From: Octopus sinensis
Taxonomy: Eukaryota
NCBI RefSeq assembly: GCF_006345805.1
Contig: NC_043006.1
Location: 60,512,001 to 60,576,000 of the forward strand
DNA length: 64,000 bases
Direction of reading: 5' to 3'
In this document: piece by piece, positions 49,790 through 63,095 of the stretch
How the letters are laid out: the number at the start of each line of letters is the position of its first letter
Position numbering within the stretch: the stretch's first letter is position 1
Program-made: the position numbers and the translations under genes
Notes under the pieces: generated by a model
Database searches by the model: none
Told to the model about the DNA's origin: nothing
Seen by the model: only the letters and a program-made list of their open reading frames with translations

Positions 49790-50135
49790 TCTATTTTGGA
49801 TGTATTTGGGGTACTTAATTGTGCCCATGACTTAGTGTTTGTTTCTTCCTTGGGTATGAGTAAGTATCTCATTTATTTCTTTTACCACATTTATCACTGA
49901 CGAAGGGAGGGCTCTTATGAGCTAACCCTGAAATCGGTCCGATATGGTAATAATGGAAGTTTTTAGAAATTTCTGTTGACCTTTTTTCGAGTAGCGTGCA
50001 TATTGTGAAAACATTTATATGGTTAATGGACAATATGTCCAATTTTTCGGCATATTTGGCATTAGAAATTTTTCGTTTGCCCTTATTTATGAATTATATA
50101 AATTTAACCTTTAAAGGTATTTTTTAATATGCTGA
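49790..50135 (+). mobile_element. Second copy of the 43.6-kb HHR monomer family
   Basis: Shared GGGGTACTTA..CATGACT, AGTAT.TCATTTATTTCTTT and TTTAAAGGTATTTT.AATATGCTG blocks. Confidence 0.75.
49891..49950 (+). ncRNA. Type I hammerhead ribozyme
   Basis: TTATCA-CTGACGA-AGGG(ag GGCTC ttat GAGCT aa)CCCT-GAAA-TCGGTCCGAT-A-TGGTAA. Confidence 0.85.
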
Positions 50136-50189
50136 CCATTGATAATATATGTGTGTGAGTGTGTGTGTGTTTGCACATATGTATATATT

Positions 50190-50600
<411 letters not shown>

Positions 50601-50649
50601 ATATATATATATATAATATATTTACATATATATATACATATATATATAT

Positions 50650-51611
50650 ATTATATAATTAGGGCTTAGTAAAATAAATTACTTTGCCACATACTGAACT
50701 TACTAGAAATAGCAGCCAAAAAAAAGCTTTTTAGCCTTTTCTACTACTTAAAGAAAATTTCTCTCAGATAATGTTTACTCAAAATAACTCACGAAGGTAT
50801 GGAGGTAAAAACAGAAAAATATCACAAGTACAAAGATCATTTGAGAACGTTAACGTTTCTAGATTAGCCAAATAAACTCAGCATTTCTTTCGTCAGCTCA
50901 ACATTTCTTAATTTGGATTTGGAAACACTGAAAAGAAAGAACATACCCTTCGGCGACTTATCACCTCAGATGAACCCGTTCAGACTGCCAGTGCTAACAA
51001 ATTCAAAATGCGCAAGCGAAGATTCCTGCTCTCCCCTTCCACCCACGTGGGTTATCTAGCAAACATTATATTTTAACGGTGAGAACCGAGGCAATATGAC
51101 AGAGAGAAATGAATTATAATATCAACAATTGAGGGTAAAATTAATTAGTTATTAATCAATTTTACCAAGTATTGTTAGCACTGGCAGTCTGAACGGGTTC
51201 ATCTGAGGTGATAAGTCGCCGAAGGGTATGTTCTTTCTTTTCAGTGTTTCCAAATCCAAATTAAGAAATGTTGAGCTGACGAAAGAAATGCTGAGTTTAT
51301 TTGGCTAATCTAGAAACGTTAACGTTCTCAAATGATCTTTGTACTTGTGATATTTTTCTGTTTTTACCTCCATACCTTCGTGAGTTATTTTGAGTAAACG
51401 TTATCTGAGAGAAATTTTCTTTAAGTAGTAGAAATGGCTAAAAAGCTTTTTTTGGCTGCTATTTCTAGTAAGTTCAGTATGTGGCAATGTAATTTATTTT
51501 ACTAAGCCCTAATTATATAATGTAATATTTTGAATTCGCCTTAAATGGTCCTTTTACATACTGAATACTTGGTGAAATTGATTAATAACTAATTAATTTT
51601 ACCCTCAATTG

Positions 51612-51613
<2 letters not shown>
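50650..51613. mobile_element. Foldback copy with ~350-bp near-identical inverted arms (50650-51000 / 51172-51521), plus a second ~49-bp inverted pair (51123-51171 / 51565-51613)
   Basis: Only about 4 differences seen between the arms. Same family as 3229-3779. Confidence 0.9.
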
Positions 51614-51660
<47 letters not shown>

Positions 51661-51663
<3 letters not shown>

Positions 51664-51795
51664 ACGGGTTACTTTCAGTTTCCGTTTTGGTCAGCTCGAG
51701 GCTATAGTAGAAAACCCTTGGCCAAGGTGCCACACAGTGGGACTGAACCCAGAATCATGTTGTTGCGGTGTAAGATTTTTACCACACAGCCTACT
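51661..51795 (-). mobile_element. SINE family B 5' fragment
   Basis: TTTCAGTTTCCG..GGCTATAGTAGA..CCAAGGTGCCACACAGTGGGACTGAACCC..ACCACACAGCC. Confidence 0.8.
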
Positions 51796-52064
51796 GATAT
51801 TTATATATACACCGGGTAACAAACACTTTGTGAAATAGCCGACTAATAATTAATCGGTTACATTAGCCATACTTCTCATGTAATCAATTGATACTTATTA
51901 TGTCATCCATGCAAGGACAAAGTATTCGTGAATATGGATAGAATTTCAAGGATACGTCTTCTCACAATATGTCGACTATGCCATCTGGCAAGCACCACGG
52001 CGTAAATTGTAATGCACTGGTATGTGTAAATGTTTGTATGTATGTATGTATGCATGTATGTATG

Positions 52065-52142
<78 letters not shown>

Positions 52143-53086
52143 CGTATTCGGGCATTGCTATTGATCTCTGGCGTATGTGTAAGAGAAAGAGGAATAATGG
52201 AATAATAATAATCGTCATAGTAGTTGCAGATGAAATTCTGTATGAACGCTAAAGTAGCAAAAGCCGATGGAGAGGAATATGCAGTGTTTGTTATATTAAT
52301 GGCGATAGAAAACGCATTGTTCTCTGTATGGAGTTATCTTTAGAAAACTAAAACAACAATTGATATAGAAGCTTATGTATCGCTGCTAGCTATCCATATC
52401 TAAATACAAACACAAAGGCACAAACGCAATTACACGTACTCGCTAAAGACTCGTACGCGCTCACATACTGGCAAATAATTAAAATAATCCAAACAGCATC
52501 AGACGCAGATGCATGAATAACCAAACGGAAAAACTTGTACGTAGAGAGAAAAATTTAGATACCTGCTAATGAAGATTTCAAGAAGTGTACATATTAGGAC
52601 TTAAAATAGCAGAAACTTAGTCGGAAAGTATGCTTGAGATTATATGAAGCTAAAATAATTCGATTACATTCACTATACATCTTTGCAAGGATTTGCTGGG
52701 TATTGAATACATTTTTCTTGTTTCTCTGTTTGTACTAATATAATTATTTTTCATGTTTTTAAAGCAACCTCCTAGCAGTTTCATTGCGAAAAAACATTAA
52801 CAAATACCTATATGTTGTAATAACGTTATTTCAATTTGTTCCACTAATAGAATCGCAAGTTAAATGGAGTTTTCAAATATATAGGAACACACACACATAC
52901 GCACACGCACGCACACACATATGTATATGTATATATTTTATATAACAATGTAGATACACGCATACACACACACAGAACATTAGATACAGATGCGTAGACA
53001 AGCACACACACACACACACGCTAACACACACACATACCATTGGAAGATCGAGTTGACTATTCTCCATATAATGTCACAGTACGAGT

Positions 53087-53157
53087 AAATATGACAGCGT
53101 TATCATTCAACTCGCTAAAAAATATGACAGCGTTATCATTCAACTCGCTAAAAAATA
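53087..53157. repeat. Exact 33-bp tandem duplication
   Basis: AAATATGACAGCGTTATCATTCAACTCGCTAAA occurs twice. Confidence 0.9.
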
Positions 53158-53657
53158 ATACTCTTACTTTAATAGTAGAATGTATATATTTTAATTTTTA
53201 TGTAAGCGTCTGTGTGGTTATATATATATATATATATGCGCATATTTTAAGGGTAAATTCGTTTGAAGCATTGCAATGGATGTAAATGTGTTAAGTGCAG
53301 GAGAGGTGTTAGTTAAATTATGTAATTGTTTTTTTTTCATTTAATTTGAATTGGGATTTTTTTTTCAAAATGCTAGATGATCATCAGAAAACCTACATAA
53401 TGTGACACAATATTGTTTCTCTTTACTTTTTCATTCAGACACCACCTAGCATATTTTGCTTCACTTGCATTGGTTAAACGCTTTGGCAAACAATTATCTC
53501 AGTCACACAAACACGCGCATATATATGTACACACACACACATACACACACACATTCACACACACATATATATATATACGTGTGTGTATGTGTGTGTGTAT
53601 ATACATATGTATGTGTAAATAGTATAATACACACACACACACACATATATGTACATA

Positions 53658-55575
53658 CTGGAATCCCTCGCTTAACGGAAATAATGCGTTCCTGAAAATC
53701 TGTCTGTAACGCGAAATACCGTAATGCAGAAATAATTTTTGTATTGATTTTCATATGATCAAGTGAAATTGCGTTCCTACAGACTTATACGAAAGAAAAA
53801 GGGAAGGAAAAAACGGTATCACCCGAAAACAACATACAACAAGCAAGACGATCACCTTCATGCATGAGAATTAATAAGAACCATAATAACGTTAGAGTAC
53901 GTTCTTACCAGAAAAGATGTTGGCTAATGTGTGAGGGATGGCGGTAGAATGAGTTTTAGTGGAAGGATTAAGTATATTATTTACTCATAGTTCATTATCA
54001 CGAACATCAGCTTGACGGGTGAAGACCTTATCCACAGTCGTTGATTGTTTGTAACGTATCATGCCTTTGTGCAATTCAACATAAGAACTGAACTCATTGT
54101 TACGTTCACGATAAGGATCTTTATCAGCAAAAAACGTGCAGACCTTCTAGAATCAGTCAATTTAAGTAGTCTATTTAGAAATTCCGTTGTCTCATCTTTA
54201 TTCCCAGCTTGTTATTTTTTCTAACAGCTTCAACTCCTCGTAAGATAAACCTTCTCTCTGGGACATTAGCAACTCAATCAGATTATCATCTATGACTTCT
54301 TCAAATCCTACACCTTTTGCAAGTGTAATTATAACTTTTCGATTATGATGTAAACTTACTGTTTGGGGAAAACTTGTAATGCCACGTATACAATATGGCT
54401 ATATACTTTTCCAAGCACAATTCAAATTTGAAGGTTTCGCTTCATCTCATGACTCAGTTATATTATTTACTATGGTAAATTCCCTTTAGAAAGCTCTAAC
54501 TGAACATTTGTCTTCCGTTTCATAACTTGTTTGAAAGTCCTCATATAATATATCTTGAAGTTAGCTATCACACCTGAATCTAATGGCTGGAACAAACATG
54601 TATCTTGGAGATATATTCTCCCCTCAGATTATCAGAAAGCTAATCTAAATTCCCTATGTAGCTCGGTATATTGTCTAAAAGAATCAATGCTTTGGTGGAA
54701 ATATTTTGTCTGACATTGCCTTTCTACGACAAGACAAGAACATTTGTAAACCACTCTTTGCATTCTTATTTGAATGTCAAATCAGATGTACATTAAACTT
54801 TCTGTAACTCTTGAAAGCCATTCAATTTCATATCACCGGCGGCATTTTCTCTCAAAACAAATGTAAGACAGTTTTTGGAAGCCTTAAATCTTGGTGTTCA
54901 TTTTCCTTCTCAAGAAATACAAGTTTTAGCATGCTATCCTAGAAAATTGCAGCTTCAACAGCACTGTAAACTTGTTCTGGTGTGTAGTCCTCTTCAGTGC
55001 TCAGATTTCACTAATCATTTTTCTGTTATGCAAACTAATGCATTTATTAAGCCTTTCAGACCAAGAAGGGTGTTCATTAGAAGTTTCGCCCTCCATTTTA
55101 TGCTAATCGTTATTTAACATTTTGACTCTTTTTAAAATTACCCTTAAATTTACTGGCACATTTCGCCGATTCTCATCCTCAATGCATACACTCAAATATC
55201 CTTCAATTTGAATTATGAAAAACTAAGGTCAGGACAATTAACGGAGAAACTTCTTGATCACTTTACATCATTTTCTCCCAAAACATCAAGTGTCGAATTC
55301 AGTGTCGTCTTTTACAGTTCCTTTTCGCATTACTACTTTCAGGTCTACTTGACAGCTTCTTTCCCGACATCCGACATCTTAGATTGTAGGTAAATCGAAC
55401 AGCAGCGACTAAAGATTATCCACGACAAATTTGTAGTAAGAAATAAGTTGGAACATGAAAGGTCTAATTTGTTAGAGCGGAACGTTGTCTTATTCCTGTT
55501 GATGCAAAACTGAACAGAAGATGAAAAGGTGAAGAACTGAAGAACTGAAGAAAAGGAAGTTAACTGAAGGTTCAC
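53658..55575 (-). mobile_element. Decayed Tigger/pogo-like transposon
   Basis: TA|CTGGAATCCCTCGCTTAACG TIR-like end; LFQPLDSGVIANFK (DDE_1 motif) and LAKGVGFEEVIDDNLIELL. The opposite TIR was not found. Confidence 0.7.
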
Positions 55576-55729
55576 CAGATTTTATAGACATTTCACCTCT
55601 TGTACTTCTGACTTAAGACATAGATACATGGACATACACAAACACATGCGCATGCGCTTATACGAACACTCAAACATGCACAAACACACTCATACAAACA
55701 CACGCATGCTCTCACACACGCACACACAC

Positions 55730-55768
<39 letters not shown>

Positions 55769-56612
55769 TACACACACACACACAAACACTCCCGCACACA
55801 CGTGTTGGGGTTTCAAGCAGATATCTGCTGTAGCCACTTAGATTTATAAAGTTGGTGGGTCGATACTGGGAATGGTGTGCGTTGCATTGGTTTAAATGTT
55901 GGTCACGCTGGACGGACATTGTTGTTGCTGTAGCAATTGTATTGTTGTGGCTGCCTAGACTCCTCTCAGTACTCATATATATAATGAACTATATCTTATC
56001 AAAACACATTAAAATACTAAATTATACTTTTCTATTACCACTAGATTTACTTTTCTACATCATACTATATACATTACTGTTGCTTTTGGCTGATTTGTTC
56101 ATGATAGAAACACTCGCACACAGGTAGGCACTTAGGTAGGTACCTACCTACCTACCTACATATATACATGCATACATACCTAAAGATAATCGTTCACTCA
56201 CACACTTACACACACACACACACATATATATATATGTATGTATACTCACATTATGTACATTATATATATACATGTGTGCATGTGTGTGCATGTATGTATA
56301 ATTATTGTTATTCAAATCGTTAATTATATACATTGATCTTAAATAAAACGCAAGTAGCTAAAAAGAAAGAAGAATTTTAAAATCGTTAACAATTCATACT
56401 ATGTACAATGAGTTTCTGTAACATTGAAATAGTATCCAGAAGTTAATGATCCCTTTTTCAACTTCCGTAAATGCCAAATTCCATAACATGAGGTAACCGT
56501 AACGCGAGGCATGCTTGTATGTACACGTATGTATGCATGTACGTATTCATGTATATATGCATGTATATATGTATGTACATATGCATGTATATATTCAAAT
56601 ATATGCATACAT

Positions 56613-56714
<102 letters not shown>

Positions 56715-57579
56715 TTATGCGTATATATGTATATGCAAGTATATGTGTGTGCGTGTGGTTGTCTTGCAGTTTGTTTTGCAAGATATCTGAAATGAATTCG
56801 CTGGTTGAAATAGATGCTGTTCTTTATTGGTGGGGTCATTGTACCAATAAAATCATTCACTCTAGTTCTATTTAATTCCGTTTTATCATGTTGCAATTAG
56901 TTAGTGAAACCTTTAACCGATCATTTTCTTGGCTCATGGATTTATCAATGGATTAATCGATTGAATAGTCTAATGGTTAAGGAAAGAAATAATTAATTGA
57001 ATAATTATAATAAAATGAACAGAAATATGACCGGCGCTTGTGCTATCATGATGAAAATGACTCTTCCATAATAAAATATCTATGCACACTTGCATATGTG
57101 TTTCCAAGCAAATATGTCTATTACATGCTGTTGGCTTAAAAAAAAACAACTTTTATGTGGATGTGTGTGTTTGTATGTGTATATGTTTTTGTCTACAGCA
57201 AAACATGGTATTTCATCACTGACAAAATTCCAGCACATGAAATTTCTTGTCTGAAATTAGGCTGGTTCATCCGTTTTTATCGGTTCTGGAAGATAGTGGA
57301 ATGAGGATAATGTTTTTCAAATCTGTCTAATTTTTTACTCAAGTATTACGCATATTCCCTTACGTGTGTGTGATAGCTAGCGTGTGAAAACAAATCAATT
57401 TTAGTGAATGGGAAAATGATCTTTCATACAAACTATAGATATAAATACCTATGCCTCTCTTAAATTCACATGAGTTTGCGATGTAAATGTGATAGTGAAT
57501 GGTTTAAAGGGAAATATTTTCGTTTTCTTTATTAAGAGGCGTTTTTTGCGGTGTATATATATATATAAGCGAGCAGGCC

Positions 57580-57744
57580 AACAGAAGAAAGAGTGCTGAA
57601 AGAGTACAGCAGGGATCACCACCCCCTGCCGGAGCGTCGTAGAGCTTTTTCAGGTGTTTTCGCTCAATAAACACTCACAACGCCCGGTCTGGGAATCGAA
57701 ACCGCGAGTCCGCTGCCCTAACCACTGGGCCATTGCGCCTCCAC
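57580..57744 (-). mobile_element. SINE family C 5' part
   Basis: Reverse complement of the 36467 head (GTGGAGGCGCAATGGCCCAGTGG). Confidence 0.85.
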
Positions 57745-57757
57745 ACACACACACATT

Positions 57758-57812
<55 letters not shown>

Positions 57813-58762
57813 ATATATATACCCTAACTTGTGACAAGCGGCATTATTTTTACCAGGATGATAATAATGGCAAAAAATACATGTAGTTATCTAACCGTTG
57901 ATATTTAAGAACACAAACCATATAAGAAAGAAAAAAGGAAGACATTCGAACATACATATTACTACATTGTTCTATTTACTTTAAAACCTTAGAAACGTGA
58001 ATGAGTGCATACGTACGATCTTTAACATTTCATTCTCACTCTACCAATTATATAACTTCCAATTAATCAATACGGAATAAGAAATATATCGTAATTGACA
58101 AATATTATTACTCTCTAATTTAATCAAATATAATTTCTGTTAAAATATTTACGTCTTTTGTTTTCCATTTATACCATTTTCATCACTAGAATAAATTTCA
58201 TTTAGAAAGCAATTCATGAAATCTCAGTGAATGATTCTGGTAATTAATAAATTTGTCGATATGGGAAAGAATATTGTACATTTTTTTTAAGTATGTGCAT
58301 ACATACATTAATAAGAATTTCATTAATTTACTTCGTGATGTTTCATAAAAATTAAATGAGATATTTGTCTATCAAATCTGTCGATTAATGTTCCATGAAT
58401 ATTTCTTATAAATCTCAGTGCTTTAAATAAATGATCAGACTATCTGGTAAGGATAAAGAATGGTTCATATTAATTTGTGAAATATAAAATTCTACAAAAA
58501 CTAGATATAAATATTAATATAAAATAGTAGACAGAAAAACGACATTCAAGAAGAGAAGTTTCGAAAAAATATCCGAACTGTTTCAGCGAAATACATGAAA
58601 TAAATGTGCATTCTTTTTTCTCAGAGTGTTCAAAAATATAATATTGGGTTTGAGAAAGTAATTAACTAATAAGTTTCAATGGAAATTCAATCAATGCAAT
58701 CATTTATATTTATTCATTTGATTTTAAATAATTCACTCAGACACACAAATAAATACAGTACG

Positions 58763-58794
<32 letters not shown>

Positions 58795-58795
<1 letters not shown>

Positions 58796-58929
58796 TGGCC
58801 TTTCAGTTTCCGTCTACCAAATCCACTCACAAGGCTTTAGTGGCCCCAAGGCTATAGTAGAAGACACCTACCCAAGGTGTCACGCAGTGGGATTGAACCG
58901 GAACCATGTGGTTGGTAAGCAAGCTACTT
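58795..58929 (-). mobile_element. SINE family B, downstream half of a split copy
   Basis: Continues in 61078-61117. The junction sequence is duplicated. Confidence 0.85.
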
Positions 58930-61077
58930 TATTTCATTTAAATTTGTCATGAAGACAGTACAAAGATTGGATAGCTCTGCAGGCTGGACAAACTCATTAA
59001 TGAATGAAAATGAAATAAAATGAATAAATGAGAGACGAAACCCAACACCCGCCGATTGGATTTTTCTTGGAAATGTATTTTCTTTTTTTAAAAATCAATA
59101 TGAGGTTTCAAAACTCTTACAAGAAGGAGGCACTAAAACCTCTTACTTAACATGTTTTTTTCTTTAAACACACAATTGGGGTTATAAACCACTACAAATA
59201 ATACAATAAGATGAGGTTTCAAACCCTCTAACGAGGGTTTTTCACCTCCTACACATCGATATATCCATCATTATCTTCAATGCCGCTTGAGTTCCTGTAT
59301 CTCGCCATTTCCCATTCCTCACTCATGTAGGACATATAAGTCATTCCAGTGTAAGAGCCACCCGGTCATATGCGACACTCCTTCGCAAACCATCTAAGCC
59401 TTTCCCACAAGGGAAGCCTTTTGACCTCCACAGCTATCTGCCGAGGCCATTCAGGATCCCGTGTGAAGGCCATATCTACTGTCTCTTATGTTCTTCTACT
59501 ATTTTTCCACCTCCCCGCTCTTGTAGAAAAAGATAATTAATCCATCATCTTTAAGGGTGGGGATCGTTTCTTCCACCGTGGGTGGTACAACTTCGGGACA
59601 TGCAGACGGCACATCATCTCCCACCTGCAATGACCCATTCTTTCTTTTCTTTCTTTTCTTCCTGACTTCGGGAGAGTGGAGGTCTTCCGCTTTGTCCGGA
59701 GTCTCTGCTCCACCTTCTGAAGCCTTAGGGTCCTTCGGCGGGCAACCATTGTTGCCCACCTTCTTCCTTTTTAATCCTTTTTGGGTTGAAGAGGCTTAGC
59801 CCCCTCAACCACATCCACCTCTCCCTTTGACAGGGTAGGGGAGGTGGCATCCAGTGACTGTTCCAGGTCCTTACCATGGTCCTAGGGTCAGTTCTTTTTA
59901 ATGTGGCCTGGCTGCAGGCACGAGTGAAACTTGAGGGGATGTCCCTCAATTATCACCGGATACCTGCAGCCAGCCATTTAAAAAATATCTGGAAAAACCA
60001 TATCTGTTGCGGCCGATAGGGTCCACAGGGTCAAAATCGCTTTTGACCCTTCCCAATCGACCGCCGGCAGTACACTTACATTTAAGAGCCTGGGTCTGCT
60101 ATCCCCCAATCCCCGTCGGATGGTATCTTCAATCTAACCCGCCTCGGTTCACGGGGTAACCCACATACCCAGGATCTTATTAATTTCCTCCCGTCGTACT
60201 GCGGGAGGAACAGAATTTCGTTGCCCTCCAAGGGCTGATTCGCGAAATTGCGAGTCTTCCCCAGGGTTAGAAACAGCAACCATACGGTTGAATGCTTGAC
60301 ACCGCGGGATATGTATTTCACAGAGGACAAATAGTCTTTCAGTTCATTTTCTATAACTGGTTTTGGGAAGACGGTGATGGTATCAAGAACTTTAGAATAA
60401 GTTCTAACCACCACTGTCCTCTACTCCATATCTTTTAACCACTGCTTCGGTGGAACAATCTCTCAGTCCAAAGCAGCGGCACCTTTCTTTATTGCAATGA
60501 AGAAGAAAGTTAAAATGTCCACAAAAATAGAAATATACTAGAAAAGGAGAAAAGAAAAAAGAAAATTAGAGAGAAAAATCCGAACGAAAAAATAGACTGT
60601 AAAATTAAGACAAAGAAAACAAAAGGACAGTTCAAAAAACAGATGGAAAAACACGGAAGAAATATAAATATAGTTCCAAATGGCGACTACACAATTCAGG
60701 CCACGGGTACTCCTGGCGCTCTTCTTTGGCTGGTACTCCGAGATGGAATCTTAAGTCCACAGAAGACGATTCTTCGCCACAATGGGCCGCAAAAAATTTC
60801 AATGACTGGAACAAACTTCAATTTTTGGGCGGGGATACGGCCCCAACATTTTTTCCAACAAGCGAAAATCACAATAGGCGCCGACAGCAGGCGAAATTGT
60901 CCCAGAGCTGGGCGAAATTTACTGAAAAAAATTCCAAAACAATAAATCACGCCCAGCTCAAAACAAACAAAAACATCTACCTCGACGGACTTCTTAATTT
61001 TCAGTCTTAGGACGGAGCGCACTAGCTCATGTCCTCCTTGTTCAAGTGTTGAAGCAAAACACCAAGGCGCATGCGCG
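58930..61077 (-). mobile_element. 2148-bp ORF1-only (gag-knuckle) non-autonomous retroelement, 16-bp TSD
   Basis: TSD GGTAAGC(A/G)AGCTACTT at 58914-58929 and 61078-61093. About 600-bp 5' UTR, broken ORF ~60495-59250, no RT or EN motifs. Confidence 0.75.
59250..60495 (-). pseudogene. LINE ORF1/gag-like protein with a decayed CCHC zinc knuckle
   Basis: KFHSCLQPGHIKKN*P at ~59888-59929 is CX2CX4HX4C with both outer Cys codons one substitution away (TTT, TGA). Followed by a basic/acidic low-complexity C-terminal region. Confidence 0.6.
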
Positions 61078-61117
61078 GGTAAGCGAGCTACTTACCACAC
61101 GGCCTCTCCTGCGCCTA
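61078..61117 (-). mobile_element. SINE family B 5' head (upstream half of the split copy)
   Basis: Reverse complement TAGGCGCAGGAGAGGCCGTGTGGTAAGTAGCT. Confidence 0.85.
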
Positions 61118-61240
61118 TATATATTCGCGCTTGCGAATTATTTAAAATCGAATGGGTGAACAAAGGTATATGCATTCATGCATACGTCATACATACATAC
61201 ATATATGCATACATATATATATACATACGTACATACATAT

Positions 61241-61273
<33 letters not shown>

Positions 61274-62100
61274 GCAAATGCACCACCCGTCCTTTGGTGG
61301 TATGTTTTTCACCAAATAATTGAACTACCGAGAAGGTTTATGAGTTGTACGGCAATCTACGTTTCCGATTAACCAAGGAACGGAAAATCAAATTGAAGGC
61401 TGTTTATTGTGGAGGTCATTGCACTTTAATGATCATAGAACATATAAGTTTGCAAGCGATGCAAAGTAGAGCTGCTGAAGTGTTTTGAGAGTAGATTACG
61501 GTTAATGACCACAAGATATAGTTGTTTTACATGAAAGCGAAATTTCTTTCAGAAACAGACGCATAAATGGTGTAATGAAATAGGAGGAAGACGTTGACAC
61601 CCCCCCACTCTGCTAGTTTTTTTTTTTCAACAGCAAAGGGAGCTATTTTTTTCGGAGAGATAAGGTAACATAAGGCCCTTTATTCTGTCTTCTCACATAA
61701 ACTACGCATAAACTAACAGCGAATGCCGCATAAAGTTAAATTGGTATGGAGCTTTCCTTTCGCTAGTGGAAGCAAAACTCTTATGTAAAGGTTGATTCTT
61801 TGGGACGAATCATATGTGATTGTCTAAAAAAGTCTAGAACGACAATAGTAAAACACATTTGAGACAATGGACAGTAGTCGAAATATCATAACAGATGGAT
61901 AAATAAACATCCTTAAAGTGAAACAACGCATTGGTAGGTAAACAAAGGTATCAACAAATAGAAGAGAGGGAAGGGAACATCACCTTTCAAGTAACTTAGA
62001 ATAGTAAAGGTAAGCTTGCCAAAGTTTAATATAGTTTAAATATGGAGATTAAGATTGTTTGTTTCCTTATCAATTTGATAACCATCGCATTTAGAAAGTC

Positions 62101-62385
62101 GAAATAAATAGACAAAATCCTTTTACTTTGATAAAAAAAATTAAAAGAGTATGGAAGACCTAATATACAAAAAATTATGTCAGCTCTGGGCAAAATGTGT
62201 AGTGCATGACCATCTTTGCGACATAAGTAATGTGTGTGTGAAGTTTAGCGAAAATCGGTTGTGAATTGTGGAAATGTATGCATTCAGTGTTCCTAGTCAA
62301 TTTAATCTCCGTCGCTGGTGGAAATAAACAGATAAAATCCTTTCACGTTTTTAAAAAGATTAAAAAAGTATGGAAGACCCTACAG
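62101..62385. repeat. Diverged ~65-bp direct repeat, 221-bp period
   Basis: AAATAAA.AGA.AAAATCCTTT..AGTATGGAAGACC at 62101 and 62322. Confidence 0.65.
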
Positions 62386-62643
62386 ATTATAAAACAGCCG
62401 ATAAATGCAAATGAATAGGAATCATCTACTGTTGGTTTTCCATCGCTCTAGAGACTGCAATATAGATTTTTTTCTTCGGGTCTGTGATATGAAGCAACTG
62501 TGTATAAAATTTTAAAGAAATTGGATGAAAGATGTAGAAGTTATTGAGGTACATTAAATTTCTGTACACATACACACTCACAGAGAGTGAGAGAGAGAGA
62601 GAGAGAGAAAGAGAAAGAGAGAAAGAGATAGAGAGAGAGAGAA

Positions 62644-62715
<72 letters not shown>

Positions 62716-63095
62716 TTCAGTTAAATTGTCTAAGTGCCTAGATACCAACATTATCTATGGAGTCTACTGAACATCGTAATTTATTTTACTGGTGTTCTGA
62801 GGCTTAACTGCTCTTGTGCATCAACTATAAATTTTTTGATCACTGCAAGACATCCTACCTTTGCTTCCAATGCACCTATTGTGCACACGTACAGCACCTT
62901 ACTTACAATGTATGGATTTTTTTCCATATCCTTTTCTGTAATTTTTCTGGTGTATCAGATCTGGCTTTTTCCCTAGTTATTAAAACTTTATTTGCTAGTT
63001 TTACTCTGTAAACTGTTAATTCTAGATTTCTTTTCTACATATTCTCAAAATTTTCCACAATTTCACAGTCTTTGCTATAAAGAATACTTCATCAA

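Noticed and set aside
51272-51296. CTGACGA-AA-GAAA in the foldback family
   Set aside because: No stem II, stem III or stem I pairing.
56780-58740. Repeat-poor stretch with TAAT/ATCAAT-rich motifs, possibly a regulatory region
   Set aside because: Cannot be distinguished from AT-rich background without cross-species conservation or chromatin data.
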